The notes under the pieces are model-generated. The model was not told the origin of the DNA. It was given only the letters and a program-made list of their open reading frames with translations, and ran no database searches. Of a stretch of 64,000 nt of DNA, positions 24,972 to 37,068 are shown one piece after another. This stretch comes from Carpediemonas membranifera BICM. Its lineage: Eukaryota; Protista; Fornicata. The stretch spans positions 814,420 to 878,419 of the forward strand of contig JAHDYR010000062.1 of the NCBI GenBank assembly GCA_019828565.1, in the 5' to 3' direction. The position numbers were made by a program, and so were the translations under genes. How positions within the stretch are numbered: the stretch's first letter is position 1; each line of letters starts with the position of its first letter.

Positions 24972-25930
24972 ATAGATGGATAATCGGAGTATGTATATAA
25001 AGGGTTCTTTATGTTTACACTATCTTCACCAATCTACAGTCAATTACGTCTATTGCGAGCGAAGAACAGCTTTCAGTAAGAAGTTTGAGGCAACTGTCAG
25101 GTAATTCTTAGTAACGTCGTCGGCAATGGCGTAATAGTCATCCATTTCAGTCAAGTGACTCAGCTTAACGCGCATTTGCTTGATTTCGGCGATAAACTCG
25201 GCCCGCTTCATTCGTTTGTCATAAAGTGCATTCCGGCCATATCACAAGTTTTCTTCATCACAAGGCACGCACGGGGGTGTAAGCGGGACCGAGGCTACCA
25301 CCACAGCCTCTTCTGAGCCGATGGATACCTTTTGTTGATTTGCCAGAATTGACCAAACGACGAGGAATGCTTGATATGCCGCGTATGGATGATTTGAAGA
25401 AGAACTGAAGGTGAAAGACAAAGATCATAGAAATACACTTCATGCGGCTCACTTTTGGAGACATTGGAGGTAAATTAGCTTTTAGGATCGTTTTTCGTTT
25501 GCCAGGCAAAGTTTTGAGTGTTTTCTCGAGAATACTCGATGCCGTATGCAATCTTGCTGCTATTTGATGCAGAACAAAGGTTGTTATGTGACACAGATGT
25601 TCTCACTTGCTTTCGGCCTTCTTTGTTGGCGAGCAAAAGCAAACTTCTTTGGGAGCAATTCCCAAAAATCGCATCTTTACGCACCCAGGAAATTTTATCT
25701 CGGCATACTGGACCAGTGGGGGAGGCACGGCAGTCTATCCCGACCCTAGATGAACCATGAGACAGTTTTTCGACGAGAGTTTGTGCGATGCCACTGACTT
25801 CGCGAGTGAAGGTCTTCAGCATGTTGTACGGATGTCTAAACGATGCCTTGTGCAAGTGCAAGGCGTAATACGCTGTAGTTTAATTGTTTGAGCGCGTTCA
25901 TTTTTTCTTGCAATCGTCCTTTTTTCATGT

Positions 25931-25989
25931 ATTCCGGGACTTATTCCGGGACTTAAAGTCCCGGTTAAAGTACCAGAAAAAACAGCATG
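25931..25989. repeat. Right terminus (TIR-like) of element A
   Basis: ATTCCGGGACTT twice plus inverted AAGTCCCGG, ending ACAGCATG and followed by GA. Confidence 0.7.
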
Positions 25990-26436
25990 GAGTTCCGGAT
26001 GAGGGGCCCGTACCGTGTCGAGTCTATTGACGAGCACGACACCTTCTCCTTGCTCAACCCCGTGACCAACGTGGTTGTGCGCCGCCACGCCAGCCGCCTG
26101 TTCCGTATTGCGCACCCGCTGACCCGGGAGCAAGCACGTCACCATTTCATGTCGGACTCCACCTTCGCCGTCGTTGAGGCTATTCACGACTGGCGCCTCC
26201 GTGCCACAGGTGAGCCTGAGTTCCATGTCGCGTTTGTGGGTACCGACTCGGATGAGCACGAGTGGTACGCCGCCGCAGATCTGAAGACGAATGACGTCTT
26301 CGTCAAGTACATTGCCGGCAACTCCGCTGCCGCGGATGCCTGTAAGCGTTTTGAGACCTCCTCCCAGAGTCGCTCTGAGTAGAGTGGCGTGATCTGAGGG
26401 GGAGTGTGAGTGACGTAAAGTGCACCTCTGGAAGTT
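25990..26436 (+). mobile_element. 3' fragment of a Ty3/Gypsy chromovirus: integrase GPY/SH3 module + chromodomain, PPT and start of a truncated 3' LTR
   Basis: RMRGPYRV...RHASRL, then VVEAIHDWR...EFHVAFVG...EWYAAADL. Stop at 26382, purine tract GAGGGGGAG at 26396-26404, followed by TGTG. Confidence 0.8.
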
Positions 26437-27369
26437 TCATTCAGTTAACGCCACAGAGGGCAGTACAAGCGGAATAAGCTCTGTCGAAGAGAACTGGTCC
26501 GAGAGATACGAGACGATGCACGCCGATTCGTTGAGAACAATGGCGACAACTGTGCCTACGATGACGGCGACATGGACGTTTCTCAGCAGAGGCGCGATCA
26601 TCATGGCTGTGGAGGCAAGGTTGGCTGCAAAGGCCACGAATAGAACAAAATATAGGAAAAAATTGTTCAGGGTGAAGAATCTGATGTCGAAAGCAAGGCC
26701 ACTGATGATGATCGGGGTCAACTGGATGCACATGACACAAAAGGCCACCCCGTAGTTAACTGTCCAATAAACTGTGCGACGTACACCAAGGATCGACAAA
26801 TGACGGCGCATTCCCAGAGAGATATCCGCAGCGAGGCCGACCAGGATGGAGGGCAGCGCCATATGCAGTGCCATACCAAGCGGCTCTACGAGAGAAAGTG
26901 CTGTGTAGTCAACGGCGGCCTCGTCCTCCTCCCTGGGGTAGTCCGCGGTCGAGTGGGAGACGTATGAGAGGGCCGGGGAGACTGTCTGGAGCCAGGCGTT
27001 GGTCAGCATGTCATTCAGTGGGAGGAGGTGGGTGGATGAGAAGGAGCCCGCGCTGTTGGGCTGGGTAACGGTGTCGTTGACGAGGATCTTCACGTCAAGG
27101 CCGGTGGAGTCGGCCTTACTGAACACTACGGCACCCAGGGTCTCGTTGTGGTTGTCCCACGAGTCAAGGAAGAAGGTGTTTGCGGCAGCCTCAGATGCGG
27201 GCACGAACCTGGGAGAAACAACCCCGTTGATAGTGGAATTCTCAATCCCTGCGAGAAAACCTGATGCACCGCTGTCGTCTAGCTTGCCTACATCGACCCC
27301 CTGCGTCCTCCGCATAGAAGACTGTGAATGGTTCAGGCTCGGAAGACTTTGGACTGTGAGCGGCGGCAC
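26437..27369 (-). pseudogene. Truncated ABCA-family transporter N-terminal membrane/extracellular region
   Basis: Extracellular region followed by several TM segments and the ABCA-like MRRHLSILGVRRTVYW motif. No NBD; breaks off at the LTR fragment. Confidence 0.65.
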
Positions 27370-27638
27370 TGACCTGAGACCAGCGCTGTGTCATATTGCT
27401 AGGTGTGGAATCAGCTTCAAAGTATACGTCGAAGTTCGTGCTGAACGTGCCGAACGGCCTGATGACCCATGATGAGTGGGAGGAGCGTCGTGTCGCTCGG
27501 GGAGCTTGCTAATGCCGAGATTTGATAAACCTGCTAGGGTTGGGTGGCAAGGCTGGCAGACCAGTGGGCGTCATTGTAAAGTCTGGTGTAAATTAGAGCA
27601 TCCAGCCAGCATAAAGACGTTCTTTACATACACGACAC

Positions 27639-28970
27639 CTAGTTCTTCCCCTTCCGCTTCCTCGGCTTGCTGCTACCGCCCTTCTTCTTGCCCTTGTCAG
27701 CCTTGGTCTCCTGTGCGGCAGGCTCGAAGCTGAGGTCAGCCCCCTCATCTTCCTCGGTCACCTTGAGGTCCTCCTCGTGTGTCTTCATATAAACCTTGGT
27801 CTTCACGATGGATGTCTTGACCATCTTGGCGAAGGCATCGAGGTCGACCTTGTGAGGTATGATCTTGGCCTTCTCAACGGCGCCGTTGTCGCCCAAGTCA
27901 AAGCCGGCGTTGAGTGCGATCTTCACGACCACGTTGTCAACTCGCGCTATGACTGCCCAGCGGCAGAATGTCTCAGGCTTCTTCGGGTCGGCCTTGTTCC
28001 TAACCTTCTTAAGCAGAGCGGACATGCCGGCGTTGCGGTGGCCGATGGTGAACTCACCGCGGCAGACGGCGGCCCAGGACGCGCCAAGGTCCCGGAGAGC
28101 GGGCGGCACGGCGTTGCTGGAGAGACAGATGAGGTCATGGTCCCTAAGATGGTCAAGGGCGCCCGAGATGAAGCGCTGGGCCCCCTTCTTTGAGGAAAAC
28201 GCCCAGCGACCGTCAAAGATGCGCTGGACGCTCGAAGAGATGCCTGCGGCCCACACAGCCTGGCCAACATACACTGGGCGATACTTCTTGCTCACCTTAG
28301 AGTCGGGGTCAGCGCCGGGGGTGTCGTCGAGCACGAGGTTGGCGATCTGGGGCACGTCGTTCATGCCGAGGAACATGTTGGACCGTGACTCCGCGGGCAG
28401 AGTGAGATTGACTTCAACAGAGTCGTGCAGTTTTGGGGCATCTGGGTTGGGGTCGTTGGAGACGTCGTCGGCGTCCTCCTCGGCCTCGTCGTTGACCGGG
28501 AGCTGGAAGGAGATGGTCTCGCCGGCCTCTGTTTCGATACGCTGCAGTGCCTCGAAGAATTCCTTGGCGGGCAGCTTATCGAGCTTGGCCGCGTCCGCGA
28601 GGTCGAGCTTGCGCTGGGCGATCTCCTTGCGTCTGAGCCACTCTGCGAGGTTAGCCTCGTCTCTCTTCGCCTTGATGTCAGCGGCGGCCTTCTCATCGAC
28701 AGCTCCGCCCTTCTTCTCGGGGTAGGCGTTGACTGGCATCGTCTCGGGCTCCTGGTCGGGCAGGAGGTAGCCAACCTCGACGGCCCTGGCGCCCTTAGCG
28801 TCCTCGACGTTGACTAGCTGCAGCTGGAGGTCGCGCCACTCCTTATAAATTGGCCCAACCGCCAGAGTGCCGTCAGCGACCTGCTTGGCGAGGTCGGCGG
28901 GGTTATAGTGTGGAGGGTTCTTCACGATCTTGCTGCCCTTGCTGATGACGCCCTTGCTCGCCTTCTTCAT
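27639..28970 (-). CDS. Hypothetical protein, about 443 aa, Lys-rich ends, host-like GC3 codon bias
   Basis: Long clean ORF from MKKASKG with strong codon bias. No motif recognised. Confidence 0.75.
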   Translation of the reverse strand: MKKASKGVISKGSKIVKNPPHYNPADLAKQVADGTLAVGPIYKEWRDLQLQLVNVEDAKGARAVEVGYLLPDQEPETMPVNAYPEKKGGAVDEKAAADIKAKRDEANLAEWLRRKEIAQRKLDLADAAKLDKLPAKEFFEALQRIETEAGETISFQLPVNDEAEEDADDVSNDPNPDAPKLHDSVEVNLTLPAESRSNMFLGMNDVPQIANLVLDDTPGADPDSKVSKKYRPVYVGQAVWAAGISSSVQRIFDGRWAFSSKKGAQRFISGALDHLRDHDLICLSSNAVPPALRDLGASWAAVCRGEFTIGHRNAGMSALLKKVRNKADPKKPETFCRWAVIARVDNVVVKIALNAGFDLGDNGAVEKAKIIPHKVDLDAFAKMVKTSIVKTKVYMKTHEEDLKVTEEDEGADLSFEPAAQETKADKGKKKGGSSKPRKRKGKN

Positions 28971-29040
28971 CTTTGTCAGTGCCGACTCCGCTTGCCGGCT
29001 GACTCTCGCGATCAGTCCCGATCGCGGCCCAGTCGAGCGA

Positions 29041-30858
29041 ATGTGCACTTTTTGCTCACAATTGATGTTTCACTGTAAGAGTTACACCACCGGGTCCACC
29101 ACTACGAATGCAGCAGACTATGCTAAACCACAGTACTACTGCCAGCATACTTCTATCTGGGAACAACCCAATGAGAAGCTCTGCAAATACAACCTTTCGA
29201 AGGGCGAACAACAGTACAAGAACGAGAACGACTTTGTTGCATCCATTCCCACACGCTGTTTTGCTGGTGAGGACGTTATCGCCTGGTCTTACGCCCCTTC
29301 CTCCGAGAAAACGTCACTCGCACTCCTCACAACAGAGGACACGCTCAAGACTTCGCTGTTGAACGCAACTGAAGACGTTAAGACGAAGCTTAAGCAGCAG
29401 ATTGGCCCTAAAGTAGCTGATCGCTTTACAGATGACCGGTTGCTCAGCCATCTCTCCACCGTGTTCGAGCCCTTCAGCAAGGCATTGCTGCACCATACCG
29501 CTCAGCCCGACGCCGTCGTGTTTGTTTACCTCCCCGAGCACGATTTCGGCTTCGTCGAGCTGTTGTTTGAGGCGAAGCGCGCTGGTAATGTTCTTAATGC
29601 AACAGGGCAGGCCTTTGTATACGCCGAGACTCTCCGCCTAACAGTCATGCACGTGGTGCAGAAGAGGTTTGGCAGCGCGGATTGCTCAAAGGTCCCCGCT
29701 GTTCTCATGGATCGTTTCCCCGTCATCTCTTTGAGTTCCGCGCACGGCGTTGTGGGTCACCTGACGCCAGTTGGCGAGTTTGGCGTGTTCGCAGGCCCGT
29801 TCCCCGATGGTTACAACTGGACGTGGACGTGTGATAATTCTGCGGAACTGAACGTCGAACAGTTCGTCGAGATGCAATGGAGCTACGTCATCGCTACTGC
29901 ACGCACGCTTAACACTCAGCTGTGTGATACCGCCTCCTGGAAGCTGTTCTTCCCAACCAAGTTCTGTCCACAGGGCTGTGCAAAGGAGTGTGCGCGGATG
30001 GTCACCACCTCTAACTCATTCCTGTACTTCTACGAGGATGGCGACCATAACAAGCTGCTGGCCAAGTTCGACCGCCACAGCCTTGGGCGCGCTGACCCCT
30101 CGTCAGACTTCATGAGCAAACGTACCCAATTTTCTATGTTCCGTAAGATCATGGACCATGTATATTGCGAGTGCTCAAGTGAACCAGTGGGAGACGTGAG
30201 GGAGAAGCCCCCCCAGATTGTGTCCATACGCCCAGGTGCGCGGCATTGGAAACAGGTCAAGCCCATCTCCGAAGATTCGCTCTCCTATTCACTCCAGCGT
30301 GATCTGACGTCGACTCACCGCTTTGACATCACCGCTCTGATCGGCGCGATCTCTTCCCACCCCAAGCTGTTCGTCCAAAACATGATCCAACAGCTCTGCA
30401 ACATTTACTGTGATGATGTCGATGGCATCTGTTCCACGATTCTTCATCGCGACGCACGTCTCTGCAACATCTGCGTCATCAACAAGCTGCCCGATGCTGA
30501 CTTTACTTTCGCCCCCGACGCCGAGAAAGGGGACGTTGCGTTCCGCCTGATTGACTGGGAGTGGATGCAAGTGTTTGATGGCTTTCGCCTTGTCTATGGG
30601 GATGCAGAACAAGCCCGCCGATCCCCCAACAACGTCGACCATGTAACCTCCACTAGTTGCCAGCTGGCCCAGCTGATCGGCAGCATGGAGCATTACAATC
30701 ATGTGAACAAGGTGGTAGGGATGGACAACGCTTTGACGTTGCTGGAGTCGTTGCAAGAGAAGATGAGCGGAGCCTCAGAAGTGCAAACCCTCGATGCGTT
30801 TGAGACGCTCATTCGCGAGTGGAGCACGGAGAATCTGAGTGTAAACGGGGGGGACTGA
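29041..30858 (+). CDS. PD-(D/E)xK nuclease-like domain + protein kinase-like domain (Crinkler/FunK1-like architecture), copy 1
   Basis: QPDAVVF...LFEAK...TGQAFVY (PD..ExK..QxxxY), then ILHRDARLCNI and FRLIDWE. Confidence 0.75.
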   Translation: MCTFCSQLMFHCKSYTTGSTTTNAADYAKPQYYCQHTSIWEQPNEKLCKYNLSKGEQQYKNENDFVASIPTRCFAGEDVIAWSYAPSSEKTSLALLTTEDTLKTSLLNATEDVKTKLKQQIGPKVADRFTDDRLLSHLSTVFEPFSKALLHHTAQPDAVVFVYLPEHDFGFVELLFEAKRAGNVLNATGQAFVYAETLRLTVMHVVQKRFGSADCSKVPAVLMDRFPVISLSSAHGVVGHLTPVGEFGVFAGPFPDGYNWTWTCDNSAELNVEQFVEMQWSYVIATARTLNTQLCDTASWKLFFPTKFCPQGCAKECARMVTTSNSFLYFYEDGDHNKLLAKFDRHSLGRADPSSDFMSKRTQFSMFRKIMDHVYCECSSEPVGDVREKPPQIVSIRPGARHWKQVKPISEDSLSYSLQRDLTSTHRFDITALIGAISSHPKLFVQNMIQQLCNIYCDDVDGICSTILHRDARLCNICVINKLPDADFTFAPDAEKGDVAFRLIDWEWMQVFDGFRLVYGDAEQARRSPNNVDHVTSTSCQLAQLIGSMEHYNHVNKVVGMDNALTLLESLQEKMSGASEVQTLDAFETLIREWSTENLSVNGGD

Positions 30859-31201
30859 GGCCCATTCATATGGTGATGCCACAAGACGAGATAATTTCAC
30901 TCACGCGAGGTTCAGCTTTTGGTGCTCTCCGCGTCGCCTGCGGAGGCCCGGCCAGCGTCAATCTCAGCCCAACTCCTGGAGGCGCCCATTATGCGAGAAA
31001 AATACATGAGCAGACCATGCCGTCTCCGGGTGCTGAAGCGCAGAGCATCCACGCTGACTCCGTTGGATGGCTTCACGTGTTGCTTCCCGAATCAGAATGT
31101 GACGGGCCCACCATTCTCGAACGATGAGATGAGGCATGCCGATGATGCTCGGCGGCCCTGCTCTTGGTCACTGGATCGCTTGAAATCAGTTTACACAGAT
31201 C

Positions 31202-31764
31202 TCACATCAATTGTCTGGCTGCATCCGCGGTACGTGACCTGCCTCCGGTTGGCGCTGACCGATGGCAGCGGGGGCATGTGACGGTGCGCTCTCGCGACGC
31301 CCTCTGGCAGGTCGATTGACTGGCGCTGCGCCATCTCGCACTCGCCGCCATAGTGGGCCATGTGCTTCCTGGTTGGCCACGCGGAGCAGGCACTTGTGGC
31401 AGAAGTCCTGGCCGCAAGGACATCAAGACATCTTGCAGCTGTTCAGGTCGCCCTCGCGCGACGTAAGCTCGCCGCATGTGGGGCAGCGGCGGATGACGGG
31501 GACGTCCACAGCGGTGCCTCTGCCGAGCGTGACCAGGCGGCACGTCTGCAGGATGTCGTTCTGCTCAACGAGCATCCTGATCTCGGCGCGCGAGCATGCC
31601 TGCTGGCGCCGCGGGATGACGTGGAAGTTGGCGGCCGCGCCTACTGTGGCAGGGGCCGAGTCGAGCTTGTGACAGTCCACTCCTTCCAACATCTCATCCA
31701 TTCTTGGGAAAATATCCGACGCCAAGGCATCGGCGATGCTGAAATTGGGCCCAGAGCAAGTCAT
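31202..31764 (-). pseudogene. RBR/IBR-type RING2 E3-ligase fragment, copy 1
   Basis: RRCPTCG...SCKMS*CPCGQDFCHKCL, with an in-frame TGA in all three copies. Confidence 0.55.
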
Positions 31765-31968
31765 AGGCTACGTGAACTGGATGAGACCACGGCGAATCAG
31801 CTACCCTCAAAAAGAGCAGCCTCTCGCCGCATCATAATTCGGACGCGACTCGAGCGACTTCGTTCGCCGACTCACCAACACCACCCCACCTGAGTAAATC
31901 CGTTCCCCCGGACTCCGCTTGCCGAGCTGACTCTCGCGATCAGTCCCGATCGCGGCCCAGTCGAGCGA

Positions 31969-33787
31969 ATGTGCACTTTTTGCTCACAATTGATGTTTCA
32001 CTGTAAGAGTTACACCACCGGGTCCACCACTACGAATGCAGCAGACTATGCTAAACCACAGTACTACCGCCAGCATACTTCGATCTGGAAACAACCCAAT
32101 GAGAAGCTCTGCAAATACAACCTTTCGAAGGGCGAACAACAGTACAAGAACGAGAACGACTTTGTTGCATCCATTCCCACACGCTGTTTTTGCTGGTGAG
32201 GACGTTATCGCCTGGTCTTACGCCCCTTCCTCCGAGAAAACGTCACTCGCACTCCTCACAACAGAGGACACGCTCAAGACTTCGCTGTTGAACGCAACTG
32301 AAGACGTTAAGACGAAGCTTAAGCAGCAGATTGGCCCTAAAGTAGCTGATCGCTTTACAGATGACCGGTTGCTCAGCCATCTCTCCACCGTGTTCGAGCC
32401 CTTCAGCAAGGCATTGCTGCACCATACCGCTCAGCCCGACGCCGTCGTGTTTGTTTACCTCCCCGAGCACGATTTCGGCTTCGTCGAGCTGTTGTTTGAG
32501 GCGAAGCGCGCTGGTAATGTTCTTAATGCAACAGGGCAGGCCTTTGTATACGCCGAGACTCTCCGCCTAACAGTCATGCACGTGGTGCAGAAGAGGTTTG
32601 GCAGCGCGGATTGCTCAAAGGTCCCCGCTGTTCTCGTGGAGCGTTTCCCCGTCATCTCTTTGAGTTCCGCGCACGGCGTTGTGGGTCACCTGACGCCAGT
32701 TGGCGAGTTTGGCGTGTTCGCAGGCCCGTTCCCCGATGGTTACAACTGGACGTGGACGTGTGATAATTCTGCGGAACTGAACGTCGAACAGTTCGTCGAG
32801 ATGCAATGGAGCTACGTCATCGCTACTGCACGCACGCTTAACACTCAGCTGTGTGATACCGCCTCCTGGAAGCTGTTCTTCCCAACCAAGTTCTGTCCAC
32901 AGGGCTGTGCAAAGGAGTGTGCGCGGATGGTCACCACCTCTAACTCATTCCTGTACTTCTACGAGGATGGCGACCATAACAAGCTGCTGGCCAAGTTCGA
33001 CCGCCACAGCCTTGGGCGCGCTGACCCCTCGTCAGACTTCATGAGCAAACGTACCCAATTTTCTATGTTCCGTAAGATCATGGACCATGTATATTGCGAG
33101 TGCTCAAGTGAACCAGTGGGAGACGTGAGGGAGAAGCCCCCCCAGATTGTGTCCATACGCCCAGGTGCGCGGCATTGGAAACAGGTCAAGCCCATCTCCG
33201 AAGATTCGCTCTCCTATTCACTCCAGCGTGATCTGACGTCGACTCACCGCTTTGACATCACCGCTCTGATCGGCGCGATCTCTTCCCACCCCAAGCTGTT
33301 CGTCCAAAACATGATCCAACAGCTCTGCAACATTTACTGTGATGATGTCTATGGCATCTGTTCCACGATTCTTCATCGCGACGCACGTCTCTGCAACATC
33401 TGCGTCATCAACAAGCTGCCCGATGCTGACTTTACTTTCGCCCCCGACGCCGAGAAAGGGGACGTTGCGTTCCGCCTGATTGACTGGGAGTGGATGCAAG
33501 TGTTTGATGGCTTTCTCCTTGTCGATGGGGATGCAGAACAAGCCCGCCGATCCCCCAACAACGTCGACCATGTAACCTCCACTAGTTGCCAGCTGGCCCA
33601 GCTGATCGGCAGCATGGAGCATTACAATCAGGGGAGCAAGGTGGTAGGGATGGACAACGCTTTGACGTTGCTGGAGTCGTTGCAAGAGAAGATGAGCGGA
33701 GCCTCAGAAGTGCAAACCCTCGATGCGTTTGAGACGCTCATTCGCGAGTGGAGCACGGAGAATCTGAGTGTAAACGGGGGGGACTGA
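31969..33787 (+). CDS. REase-kinase protein, copy 2 (+1 T near 32190)
   Basis: Same motifs as copy 1. Confidence 0.72.
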
Positions 33788-34130
33788 GGCCCATTCATAT
33801 GGTGATGCCACAAGACGAGATAATTTCACTCACGCGAGGTTCAGCTTTTGGTGCTCTCCGCGTCGCCTGCGGAGGCCCGGCCAGCGTCAATCTCAGCCCA
33901 ACTCCTGGAGGCGCCCATTATGCGAGAAAAATACATGAGCAGACCATGCCGTCTCCGGGTGCTGAAGCGCAGAGCATCCACGCTGACTCCGTTGGATGGC
34001 TTCACGTGTTGCTTCCCGAAGCAGAATGTGACGGGCCCACCATTCTCGAACGATGAGATGAGGCATGCCGATGATGCTCGGCGGCCCTGCTCTTGGTCAC
34101 TGGATCGCTTGAAATCAGTTTACACAGATC

Positions 34131-34693
34131 TCACATCAATTGTCTGGCTGCATCCGCGGTACGTGACCTGCCTCCGGTTGGCGCTGACCGATGGCAGCGG
34201 GGGCATGTGACGGTGCGCTCTCGCGACGCCCTCTGGCAGGTCGATTGACTGGCGCTGCGCCATCTCGCACTCGCCGCCATAGTGGGCCATGTGCTTCCTG
34301 GTTGGCCACGCGGAGCAGGCACTTGTGGCAGAAGTCCTGGCCGCAAGGACATCAAGACATCTTGCAGCTGTTCAGGTCGCCCTCGCGCGACGTAAGCTCG
34401 CCGCATGTGGGGCAGCGGCGGATGACGGGGACGTCCACAGCGGTGCCTCTGCCGAGCGTGACCAGGCGGCACGTCTGCAGGATGTCGTTCTGCTCAACGA
34501 GCATCCTGATCTCGGCGCGCGAGCATGCCTGCTGGCGCCGCGGGATGACGTGGAAGTTGGCGGCCGCGCCTACTGTGGCAGGGGCCGAGTCGAGCTTGTG
34601 ACAGTTCACTCCTTCCAACATCTCATCCATTCTTGGGAAAATATCCGACGCCAAGGCATCGGCGATGCTGAAATTGGGCCCAGAGCAAGTCAT
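34131..34693 (-). pseudogene. RBR/IBR RING2 fragment, copy 2
   Basis: As copy 1. Confidence 0.55.
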
Positions 34694-34895
34694 AGGCTAC
34701 GTGAACTGGATGAGACCACGGCGAATCAGCTACCCTCAAAAGAGCAGCCTCTCGCCGCATCATAATTCGGACGCGACTCGAGCGAGTTCGTTCGCCGACT
34801 CACCAACACCACCCCACCTGAGTAAATCCGTTCCCCCGGACTCCGCTTGCCGGCTGACTCTCGCGATCAGTCCCGATCGCGGCCCAGTCGAGCGA

Positions 34896-36725
34896 ATGTG
34901 CACTTTTTGCTCACAATTGATGTTTCACTGTAAGAGTTACACCACCGGGTCCACCACTACGAATGCAGCAGACTATGCTAAACCACAGTACTACCGCCAG
35001 CATACTTCGATCTGGAAACAACCCAATGAGAAGCTCTGCAAATACAACCTTTCGAAGGGCGAACAACAGTACAAGAACGAGAACGACTTTGTTGCATCCA
35101 TTCCCACACGCTGTTTTGCTGGTGAGGACGTTATCGCCTGGTCTTACGCCCCTTCCTCCGAGAAAACGTCACTCGCACTCCTCACAACAGAGGACACGCT
35201 CAAGACTTCGCTGTTGAACGCAACTGAAGACGTTAAGACGAAGCTTAAGCAGCAGATTGGCCCTAAAGTAGCTGATCGCTTTACAGATGACCGGTTGCTC
35301 AGCCATCTCTCCACCGTGTTCGAGCCCTTCAGCAAGGCATTGCTGCACCATACCGCTCAGCCCGACGCCGTCGTGTTTGTTTACCTCCCCGAGCACGATT
35401 TCGGCTTCGTCGAGCTGTTGTTTGAGGCGAAGCGCACTGGTAATTTGTCTGGTAATGTTCTTAATGCAACAGGGCAGGCCTTTGTATACGCCGAGACTCT
35501 CCGCCTAACAGTCATGCACGTGGTGCAGAAGAGGTTTGGCAGCGCGGATTGCTCAAAGGTCCCCGCTGTTCTCATGGAGCGTTTCCCCGTCATCTCTTTG
35601 AGTTCCGCGCACGGCGTTGTGGGTCACCTGACGCCAGTTGGCGAGTTTGGCGTGTTCGCAGGCCCGTTCCCCGATGGTTACAACTGGACGTGGACGTGTG
35701 ATAATTCTGCGGAACTGAACGTCGAACAGTTCGTCGAGATGCAATGGAGCTACGTCATCGCTACTGCACGCACGCTTAACACTCAGCTGTGTGATACCGC
35801 CTCCTGGAAGCTGTTCTTCCCAACCAAGTTCTGTCCACAGGGCTGTGCAAAGGAGTGTGCGCGGATGGTCACCACCTCTAACTCATTCCTGTACTTCTAC
35901 GAGGATGGCGACCATAACAAGCTGCTGGCCAAGTTCGACCGCCACAGCCTTGGGCGCGCTGACCCCTCGTCACACTTCATGAGCAACCGTGCCCTATTTT
36001 CTATGTTCCGTAAGATCATGGACCATGTATATTGCGAGTGCTCAAGTGAACCAGTGGGAGACGTGAGGGAGAAGCCCCCCCAGATTGTGTCCATACGCCC
36101 AGGTGCGCGGCATTGGAAACAGGTCAAGCCCATCTCCGAAGATTCGCTCTCCTATTCACTCCAGCGTGATCTGACGTCGACTCACCGCTTTGACATCACC
36201 GCTCTGATCTGCGCGATCTCTTCCCACCCCAAGCTGTTCGTCCAAAACATGATCCAGCAGCTCTGCAACATTTACTGTGATGATGTCTATGGCATCTGTT
36301 CCACGATTCTTCATCGCGACGCACGTCTCTGCAACATCTGCGTCATCAACAAGCTGCCCGATGCTGACTTTACTTTCGCCCCCGACGCCGAGAAAGGGGA
36401 CGTTGCGTTCCGCCTGATTGACTGGGAGTGGATGCAAGTGTTTGGTGGCTTTCTCCTTGTCGATGGGGATGCAGAACAAGCCCGCCGATCCCCCAACAAC
36501 GTCGACCATGTAACCTCCACTAGTTGCCAGCTGGCCCAGCTGATCGGCAGCATGGAGCATTACAATCAGGGGAGCAAGGTGGTAGGGATGGACAACGCTT
36601 TGACGTTGCTGGAGTCGTTGCAAGAGAAGATGAGCGGAGCCTCAGAAGTGCAAACCCTCGATGCGTTTGAGACGCTCATTCGCGAGTGGAGCACGGAGAA
36701 TCTGAGTGTAAACGGGGGGGACTGA
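34896..36725 (+). CDS. REase-kinase protein, copy 3 (intact; 12-nt in-frame insertion after EAKR)
   Basis: Same motifs; EAKRTGNLSGNV versus EAKRAGNV. Confidence 0.75.
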   Translation: MCTFCSQLMFHCKSYTTGSTTTNAADYAKPQYYRQHTSIWKQPNEKLCKYNLSKGEQQYKNENDFVASIPTRCFAGEDVIAWSYAPSSEKTSLALLTTEDTLKTSLLNATEDVKTKLKQQIGPKVADRFTDDRLLSHLSTVFEPFSKALLHHTAQPDAVVFVYLPEHDFGFVELLFEAKRTGNLSGNVLNATGQAFVYAETLRLTVMHVVQKRFGSADCSKVPAVLMERFPVISLSSAHGVVGHLTPVGEFGVFAGPFPDGYNWTWTCDNSAELNVEQFVEMQWSYVIATARTLNTQLCDTASWKLFFPTKFCPQGCAKECARMVTTSNSFLYFYEDGDHNKLLAKFDRHSLGRADPSSHFMSNRALFSMFRKIMDHVYCECSSEPVGDVREKPPQIVSIRPGARHWKQVKPISEDSLSYSLQRDLTSTHRFDITALICAISSHPKLFVQNMIQQLCNIYCDDVYGICSTILHRDARLCNICVINKLPDADFTFAPDAEKGDVAFRLIDWEWMQVFGGFLLVDGDAEQARRSPNNVDHVTSTSCQLAQLIGSMEHYNQGSKVVGMDNALTLLESLQEKMSGASEVQTLDAFETLIREWSTENLSVNGGD

Positions 36726-37068
36726 GGCCCATTCATATGGTGATGCCACAAGACGAGATAATTTCACTCACGCGAGGTTCAGCTTTTGGTGCTCTCCGCG
36801 TCGCCTGCGGAGGCCCGGCCAGCGTCAATCTCAGCCCAACTCCTGGAGGCGCCCATTATGCGAGAAAAATACATGAGCAGACCATGCCGTCTCCGGGTGC
36901 TGAAGCGCAGAGCATCCACGCTGACTCCGTTGGATGGCTTCACGTGTTGCTTCCCGAAGCAGAATGTGACGGGCCCACCATTCTCGAACGATGAGATGAG
37001 GCATGCCGATGATGCTCGGCGGCCCTGCTCTTGGTCACTGGATCGCTTGAAATCAGTTTACACAGATC

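Larger units (their letters stand above)
1..25989 (+). mobile_element. Large DNA transposon, element A (right end only; left end presumed upstream of the window)
   Basis: Ends ...AAAAAACAGCATG at 25989 (reverse complement CATGCTGT, matching the CATACTGT ends of B and C), with CCGGG subterminal repeats. Directly abuts a truncated Gypsy integrase ORF. Contains a transposase homologous to that of C, and OTU-like genes as in C. The leftward extent is inferred. Confidence 0.65.

Noticed and set aside
25987-26382. Standalone 131-aa chromodomain gene
   Set aside because: Its ATG is the last three bases of element A's terminus; it is the severed tail of a Gypsy pol.
27777-28817. Plus-strand ORFs opposite the 27639-28970 gene
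   Set aside because: Shadow ORFs caused by high GC3 bias.
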